This document shows positions 14,134-20,000 of a stretch of 20,000 nucleotides of DNA, in pieces (within the stretch, counting starts at the first letter, position 1; each line of letters begins with the position of its first letter). Origin of the DNA: an uncultured virus (IMG/VR IMGVR_UViG_3300049255_000542) (Duplodnaviria > Heunggongvirae > Uroviricota > Caudoviricetes); the IMG/VR virus record IMGVR_UViG_3300049255_000542; one strand, written 5' to 3'. Under the pieces are notes generated by a model. It made no database searches. It was not told the origin of the DNA and saw only the letters and a program-made list of their open reading frames with translations. Position numbers and translations under genes: made by a program.

Positions 14134-16989
14134 ATGTTCCGATTGATGTCACTCGCGGCCGCGGTCCGCGCCACACTGGCACTCGCCGCCGCGGCATCCG
14201 CTGTCGCGGCAATACCGGGCCCGGCGGCCGCCGCCGAGTGGCCGCAGGCGCACAGCGATTTGCGGGCCGATCCGGCGGTGCTGTTCGGCTCCCTGCCGAA
14301 CGGCATGCGCTACGCCATCATGCACAATGCGACGCCGAAGGGCGCCGTTTCGATGTGGCTGGATATCGGCGCCGGATCGCTCGAGGAAAGCGATGCCCAG
14401 CAGGGGCTGGCCCACTTTCTCGAACACATGGCGTTCCGCGGTTCAAAGCACGTGCCGGAAGATCAGGTGTGGCCCGGCCTGCAACGGCTGGGAATGGAGG
14501 TCGGCGCCGACGCCAACGCCGCGACGCTGTTCGGATCTACCCAATTTCAGTTCAATCTTCCGAGGAACGATGCGGCGACGGTCGACAGCGGCCTGTTGCG
14601 ATTGCGCGATATCGCCGGTGACCTGACGCTCGCCCAAAGCGCGATGGACGCCGAGCGGGGCGTTATCCTGTCCGAGGAACGGTTGCGGGATTCGCCGGGC
14701 TATCGAATGGCGAAGCACCACATCGGATCGCTGTTTCCGAACGGCCGGCCGTCGCAGCGCATGCCGATCGGCCTGACCGAGATCATCAAGCACGCGCCGG
14801 TCAGCGACATTCGCGACTATTACAACGCCTATTACCGGCCGGAGCGGGCGACGCTGGTCGTGATCGGCGACATCGACCAGAAGGCGATCCAGGAGAAGAT
14901 CCTCAAGCTGTTCTCCGACTGGAAGCCGGTGGGTCCGGCCGGCGCCGGTCCGGTCACGCCCGCGATAACCGCGCAAGGGCCGCAGGCTGATCTGTTTGTC
15001 GAGGCGGGCGCGCCTTCGCTGCTGTCGCTCGACTTTGTGCTGAAAGCGGCACCGGACTCGATCGCGCGCGAAACCGACGACTACAACAAGCTGATCGCGT
15101 TCCAGATCCTGACAAACCGGCTGCGCAACGCCAAAAACGGGGCGGAGAACGTGTTCGTCAGTGTCGAGCCCGGTTCCGACAACCAGTTTCCGGGGGCGGT
15201 AATCTGGTCGGTCTCTGCTGTCATTCGGCCGGAGAATTGGCGAAACGCGCTTGACGCCGCAACCGTCGCGGTGCGCCAGATGCAGCAATTCGGCGTCACA
15301 GCCGCCGAACTGCAAGAGGCCAAAGAAGAGTTGAATGCCGGGCTCCGGCAGCTCGCCGACAACGCCCGTACGTTGCCGAGCCGTTTTATCGCCAAGCAGA
15401 TCGTCGACCAGAGCAACCAGAACGACGTCTATGTGAGCCCGACCGACAGCCTGGCGCTGGCCGAGAAACTCTCCAAGGCTCTCACGGTCGACGCGTTGAA
15501 TACGGCATTCCGGTCGCTCGTTCGCGACCGCGGTCCGATGTTTTTCATTTCGAGTCCGACCCCGATCGAAGGCGGCAAGCCTGCCGTGGCTGCCGCGCTC
15601 GCGGCGGCTGAAAAAATGCCGCTGCTCGCGCCGGCAGCAGCGGCCAGCCTCGCCTGGCCGTACACTTCGTTCGGACCGGACGGGAAGGTCGTCGAGCGCA
15701 AGCTCGTCGCGGATCTGCAAACCACGTTCGTGCGCTTTGCCAATGGCGTGCGGCTGACGGTCAAGCCGACCACGTTGAAGACCAGCGAGATCGTGGTGAA
15801 CGTCAAGATCGGCCGCGGCCGGCTCGATCTGCCGGCGAACAGCGCCGCGCCGATCTGGGCGGTCAGCGGCGGCAGGTTCTTTCTGCAGGGATTAAAGGCC
15901 ATCAGCATCGAAGACCTTAATCGGGTCCTGTCCGGCAAAGTGCCGGCAGCCACGGCGGGCATTTTCGACACCGGGCTGATGTTGCGCGGCCGCACCCGGC
16001 CGGCTGATCTCCCCACGCTGCTGCAAGTCTTCACCGCCTATGTGAGCGCACCGGGCTTTCGCCCCGGCGCGACCGAACGGGCCCGCGCCGACGAGATCGA
16101 CGATCTTCGTTCGGCCGAAGCTTCGCCGACACTGCTGTTGCGACGCATGCTGCCTTGTCTGTTGCACGACCATGACGCGCGCTGGTGCGCGCCATCCGCG
16201 GCGGACCTCGCCTCGACCCGGCCCGCGGCGGTCGCGGCGATGCTGACCCCGATCCTGGCCTCGGCGCCGATCGAGGTGACGATGGCGGGCAACGTTTCGG
16301 TCGACGACGCCATCAAGGCCACTGCCGCGACCTTCGGCGCATTGCCGCAGCGAACGGATACGGGCGCGGCGCCGGCCGGGGCGGCGGCGATGCACTTTCC
16401 GGCCGCGACACCGGTGCCAGTCGAACTTCATCACGGCGGCCGGGCCGATCAGGGCGTCGCCGCGCTGGCATGGCCCACCACCGATGCATTCGACCTGAAG
16501 AAATTCGAGGCCCTGCGCATTCTCAAATCGGTCCTCGAAACCCGCATGACCAATCGGCTGCGGATCCAGGATGCCGTCACCTATAGTCCGTCGACCAGCC
16601 TGCTCGGTTCGACCGTCTCGCCGGGCTACGGGTATCTGGTGGTTCTGACCGAACTGCCGCCGGCCAAAATGCCGCTGTTCTTCACCACGGTCAGCGCCAT
16701 CGCCACCGACCTGAAGTCGCAACCGATATCGGCAGATGAACTCGAGCGGGCGCGCAAACCGGTGATCGAGAGCCTGCTGACCCTGCAGCAGACCAACGCC
16801 TACTGGTCCGAGGCTCTCGCCGGGGCCCAGGAGGACGCTCGCCGGCTTGACATCATCCGCGACACGGTGCCGCTGCTGCTGAAACTGACGCCGTCGGACA
16901 TCGAGCAGACCGCAAATCGCTTTCTGTCGGACGGCAAGGCCTGGAAACTCGAAATCACCGCAGCACCGCCGTCGGCGAGTCTGCGATGA
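14134..16989 (+). CDS. Secreted M16-family (insulinase/PqqL-like) zinc peptidase
   Basis: Ala-rich signal peptide, LPNGMRY, GLAHFLEHMAFRGS (HxxEH), ERGVILSE, second half FANGVRL; RBS GAGGGG. Confidence 0.93.
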   Translation: MFRLMSLAAAVRATLALAAAASAVAAIPGPAAAAEWPQAHSDLRADPAVLFGSLPNGMRYAIMHNATPKGAVSMWLDIGAGSLEESDAQQGLAHFLEHMAFRGSKHVPEDQVWPGLQRLGMEVGADANAATLFGSTQFQFNLPRNDAATVDSGLLRLRDIAGDLTLAQSAMDAERGVILSEERLRDSPGYRMAKHHIGSLFPNGRPSQRMPIGLTEIIKHAPVSDIRDYYNAYYRPERATLVVIGDIDQKAIQEKILKLFSDWKPVGPAGAGPVTPAITAQGPQADLFVEAGAPSLLSLDFVLKAAPDSIARETDDYNKLIAFQILTNRLRNAKNGAENVFVSVEPGSDNQFPGAVIWSVSAVIRPENWRNALDAATVAVRQMQQFGVTAAELQEAKEELNAGLRQLADNARTLPSRFIAKQIVDQSNQNDVYVSPTDSLALAEKLSKALTVDALNTAFRSLVRDRGPMFFISSPTPIEGGKPAVAAALAAAEKMPLLAPAAAASLAWPYTSFGPDGKVVERKLVADLQTTFVRFANGVRLTVKPTTLKTSEIVVNVKIGRGRLDLPANSAAPIWAVSGGRFFLQGLKAISIEDLNRVLSGKVPAATAGIFDTGLMLRGRTRPADLPTLLQVFTAYVSAPGFRPGATERARADEIDDLRSAEASPTLLLRRMLPCLLHDHDARWCAPSAADLASTRPAAVAAMLTPILASAPIEVTMAGNVSVDDAIKATAATFGALPQRTDTGAAPAGAAAMHFPAATPVPVELHHGGRADQGVAALAWPTTDAFDLKKFEALRILKSVLETRMTNRLRIQDAVTYSPSTSLLGSTVSPGYGYLVVLTELPPAKMPLFFTTVSAIATDLKSQPISADELERARKPVIESLLTLQQTNAYWSEALAGAQEDARRLDIIRDTVPLLLKLTPSDIEQTANRFLSDGKAWKLEITAAPPSASLR

Positions 16990-17093
16990 AACTGTCGCAA
17001 TCTATGCAAACTTCCAGGTTCCAACTCCGGGGGGGGTGTGCTATGTTTCGTGCACTCTCCTCGCACAATAACGTCCAAGGCAGGGGCTATCAG

Positions 17094-20000
17094 ATGCAAA
17101 GGGTGGTTTTGGCGGCGGCATCGTTTGCCGCGTTTGTTTGTTTGTGGGTGCTTCCGGCGGCGGCGCAGTCGCGGGTCGCACTGGTGATCGGCAACAGCGC
17201 CTATCAGGGCGCGGCGCCGCTGAAGACCACCGCGGCGGACGCCACGCTGATGGCGTCGACATTGACGGCCGCAGGCTTCGACGTGGTGCAGGCCAACGAC
17301 GTCACGGTCGCCAATATCGGCGACGCCTTTACGAATTTCATCAACAAGGTGACCGCGGCAGGTCCGAACGCGATCGCCTTCGTGTATTACGCCGGCTACG
17401 GCGCGCAGTATAACGGCGACAGCTTTCTGGTCCCGGTCGACGCCAAGATCACAACCGCCGAGGACGTGCAAAATCAGAGCCTGTCGCTCTCCGACATCAT
17501 CAAGGCGATGACGCCCCTGCCCGCCGCCGCGCGCATCATCGTGCTCGATGCGGCGCGCGACGCCGGCTTCGGCGCCGGCAGCCAAAACCCGGTCGCGCCC
17601 GGACTTGCGCTGGTCGGCGTTCCGGACGGCTTTTTGGTCGCCTATCCGGCGGCGCCCGGCTCAGTGATCTGTTCTTGCGCGCCGAACGAGGCCAATAGTC
17701 CGTACGCGTCGTCGCTGGCCACTTTGCTGCGCCAGGCGGGGCTCGATATCGCTCAGGTGTTTGACGGGGTGCGCTTGCAGGTGAACCAGGCCTCAGGCGG
17801 CGCGCAGACGCCGTGGATGGTCTCGGCGCTCAGTGTCGGGGTCAAGTTCTTCCAGGCGACCGCCCAGGCGCCGACCACTCTCTTGCCGGCGTGCGGCGTG
17901 ACCAACATTCCGATCCCGCCGCTGGTCCGCACCAAGCTGACCCGAGCCCGCTATCACTCCTACTCGGCCGACGAGGCCTATCGCATCGCCATCGAGCGTG
18001 ACTCGCTCGAGACCTACCAGTGGTTCGTCGAAGATTTTCCGACCTATCACCTCGCGGGACAGGTCTGGCACATCATCAATCGGCGTCGCGAGTCGATCCT
18101 GTGGCACCGCGCTCTGGTGGTCGGCACCACTGCCGCCTACTGGAACTATCTCGATGCCTACCCGCGCGGCGTTTACATCCACGAAGCGAACTACTGGCTG
18201 CGAAGCCATCGCGCGCCGTTGCTGCCTCGGGACTATCGGCCAGTGCCCATCATCCTGCCGCCGGGGTATCGCGACGAAGCCTACGGTCTGGCGTATGTGG
18301 TCGAGCGAGGCCACACGGCGAAGTATGCGGTCTTCGGAGACACCAGGCCGATTTACGTGACGCCTGCCCAGCGATGGACCCCGCCAACCACAGTCATCGT
18401 CGTCAGGCCGCCACCGCCGCCGCCGCCGCGTACGCTGATCGTCAACAACATTACCGTCATCCAGCGGAACAGCACCGAAACCGTGCAACCGGTGCCTCAT
18501 TATATCGGCGGGTGTGCCGGCACGAGGGAGGGCTGCGTCACAGGCCAAAGAGAGCGCGAACTGCGAGAGTGGCAGGTTACGTTGAACCGACAGAACGAAG
18601 CCGTCGCCAAGCAGTATCACGCACCGGTGGTGGCAACGACCAGCATCGTGCTGCCGCCGAAAACACAGCCGTCGCACCCGGTCGGTATCCAAATCGCGAA
18701 ACCGAACCCGAACGTCGTCATCAGGCCGCCACTGCCCGATAAGCCACTGACAACGCCGGGCAAGCCCGCGATCGGCGTCAAGCCGACGACCAATCCGAGC
18801 GTCGTCACCACGACGCCGCCCGGCAAGCCGGTGACACCGCCCGGCAGACCTGAAATTGGCCATCCGACGACCCCGAGCGTCGTGACCACAACACCGCCCG
18901 GCAAACCGGTGACGCCGCCCGGCAGACCTGCAATCGGCCATCCGACAACGCCAAGCGTCGTGACCACAACGCCGCCCGGCAAACCGGTGACGCCGCCCGG
19001 CAGACCTGCAATCGGCCATCCGACAACGCCAAGCGTCGTGACCACCACGCCGCCCGGCAAACCGGTGACGCCGCCTGGCAGACCTACAATTGGTCATCCG
19101 GCGACGCCAAGCGTCGTGACCACCACGCCGCCCGGCAAACCGGTGACGCCGCCCGGCAGACCTACAATTGGTCATCCGGCGACACCGAGCATCGTGACCA
19201 CCACGCCACCCGGCAAGCCGGTGACGCCACCCGGCAAGCCGGTCATCGGCCATCCGACAGCGCCAAGCGTCGTGACCACAACGCCGCCCGGTAAACCGGT
19301 GACGCCGCCCGGCCGGCCGACCATTGGCGGCAAGCCGACAGCGCCGGTCGTCATAAGGGCGCCGCTGCCCGATAAGCACGAGCCTTCGCCCAGGCCCACG
19401 ATCGGAAGCAAGCCGACGGCGCCGAACGTCGTGACCACGACGCCGCCCGGCAGGCCTGTTATCGGCAAACCCGCTCCGGGGCCCGCACACCAGACCCCGC
19501 AGGTGCACGAGAGTGTGGCTCACCCGCCGCCGGTTCATCCGACGACGCCTGCGATTCATCCGCAGCCGCCGCATGTGCAGCCGCCGACGCGCGAGACAGT
19601 CGCTCACCCGCCGCCTGCGCACCCGCCGACGCCTGCGATTCATCCGCAGCCGCCGCACGTGCAGCCGCCAACGCGCGAGACGGTGGCTCATCCGCCGCCT
19701 GTGCATCCGGCCCCGCAAGCGCACCCGGAACCGCATCGCGTGCAGCCGCCGCCCGTGCATCAGAGCGTGGCCCACCCGCCGCCGGCGCGCCCGGAGCCAC
19801 ATCACGTGCAGCCGCCGCCGTCACATCAGACTGTGGCCCACCCGCCGGTTGCGCATCCGCAGCCGCAACATGCTCCGCCGCCGCATCCGCAGCCGCAGCA
19901 CGTGCAGGCGGCACCGCACCCGGCCCCGCAGCACCCCGCGCCGCATCCGGCAGGGTGTCCGGCGGGCGAGCATATGGCGAACGGTCACTGCGTGCGGTGA
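17094..20000 (+). CDS. Secreted caspase-family (C14) pseudo-peptidase with Pro-rich repeat tail
   Basis: Signal peptide, RVALVIGNSAY, YYAGYG, IIVLDAAR, NSPY, QTPW. The start could be 16986, 17043 or 17094; stop at 19998-20000. Confidence 0.88.
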   Translation: MQRVVLAAASFAAFVCLWVLPAAAQSRVALVIGNSAYQGAAPLKTTAADATLMASTLTAAGFDVVQANDVTVANIGDAFTNFINKVTAAGPNAIAFVYYAGYGAQYNGDSFLVPVDAKITTAEDVQNQSLSLSDIIKAMTPLPAAARIIVLDAARDAGFGAGSQNPVAPGLALVGVPDGFLVAYPAAPGSVICSCAPNEANSPYASSLATLLRQAGLDIAQVFDGVRLQVNQASGGAQTPWMVSALSVGVKFFQATAQAPTTLLPACGVTNIPIPPLVRTKLTRARYHSYSADEAYRIAIERDSLETYQWFVEDFPTYHLAGQVWHIINRRRESILWHRALVVGTTAAYWNYLDAYPRGVYIHEANYWLRSHRAPLLPRDYRPVPIILPPGYRDEAYGLAYVVERGHTAKYAVFGDTRPIYVTPAQRWTPPTTVIVVRPPPPPPPRTLIVNNITVIQRNSTETVQPVPHYIGGCAGTREGCVTGQRERELREWQVTLNRQNEAVAKQYHAPVVATTSIVLPPKTQPSHPVGIQIAKPNPNVVIRPPLPDKPLTTPGKPAIGVKPTTNPSVVTTTPPGKPVTPPGRPEIGHPTTPSVVTTTPPGKPVTPPGRPAIGHPTTPSVVTTTPPGKPVTPPGRPAIGHPTTPSVVTTTPPGKPVTPPGRPTIGHPATPSVVTTTPPGKPVTPPGRPTIGHPATPSIVTTTPPGKPVTPPGKPVIGHPTAPSVVTTTPPGKPVTPPGRPTIGGKPTAPVVIRAPLPDKHEPSPRPTIGSKPTAPNVVTTTPPGRPVIGKPAPGPAHQTPQVHESVAHPPPVHPTTPAIHPQPPHVQPPTRETVAHPPPAHPPTPAIHPQPPHVQPPTRETVAHPPPVHPAPQAHPEPHRVQPPPVHQSVAHPPPARPEPHHVQPPPSHQTVAHPPVAHPQPQHAPPPHPQPQHVQAAPHPAPQHPAPHPAGCPAGEHMANGHCVR
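18795..19343 (+). repeat. Seven 78-bp (26-aa) coding tandem repeats
   Basis: Unit PSVVTTTPPGKPVTPPGRPxIGHPxT; AAACCGGTGACG recurs at 18903 and 18981. Confidence 0.95.
19506..19860 (+). repeat. His/Pro-rich coding repeats (~84-bp unit, degenerating)
   Basis: ETVAHPPPxHPxTPAIHPQPPHVQPPT occurs twice, followed by degenerate VAHPP/HVQPP copies. Confidence 0.85.

Noticed and set aside
18795..19343. Possible CRISPR array
   Set aside because: Contiguous in-frame coding repeats with no unique spacers and no cas genes.
17793..19805. 670-aa minus-strand repetitive ORF
   Set aside because: Antisense reading of the Pro-rich repeats.

Overview
High-GC alphaproteobacterial (Hyphomicrobiales-like) DNA. 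Positions 1-~13800 are one arm of a lambdoid-organised temperate prophage. It contains a cII-like gene and cro (minus strand), a cI/LexA-type repressor, and two operator-containing sigma70 promoters (operator TTGGATATRTCCAA). A ~12 kb translationally coupled early operon follows, carrying an initiator-like tRNA(CAT), a RecE-like PD-(D/E)XK nuclease, a Sak4-like ATPase, a stand-alone DnaA domain IV, a HerA-like ATPase, a tandem-HTH protein, a SciP (DUF1153)-like protein, ParB, many small Zn-finger proteins, an ASCH-like and a Lar-like protein, xis and a tyrosine integrase. The prophage abuts the 3' end of a host tRNA-Ile2(CAT) (13800-13875, minus). Host genes follow: a secreted M16 (PqqL-like) zinc peptidase and a secreted, catalytically dead caspase-family protein with long Pro-rich tandem repeats. 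The two most notable observations are a cluster of apparent mimics of the alphaproteobacterial cell-cycle network (DnaA-IV, GcrA-like HTH, SciP, ParB) and a tRNA nested inside a translationally coupled ORF. All family calls come from motif recognition by eye, not database searches.
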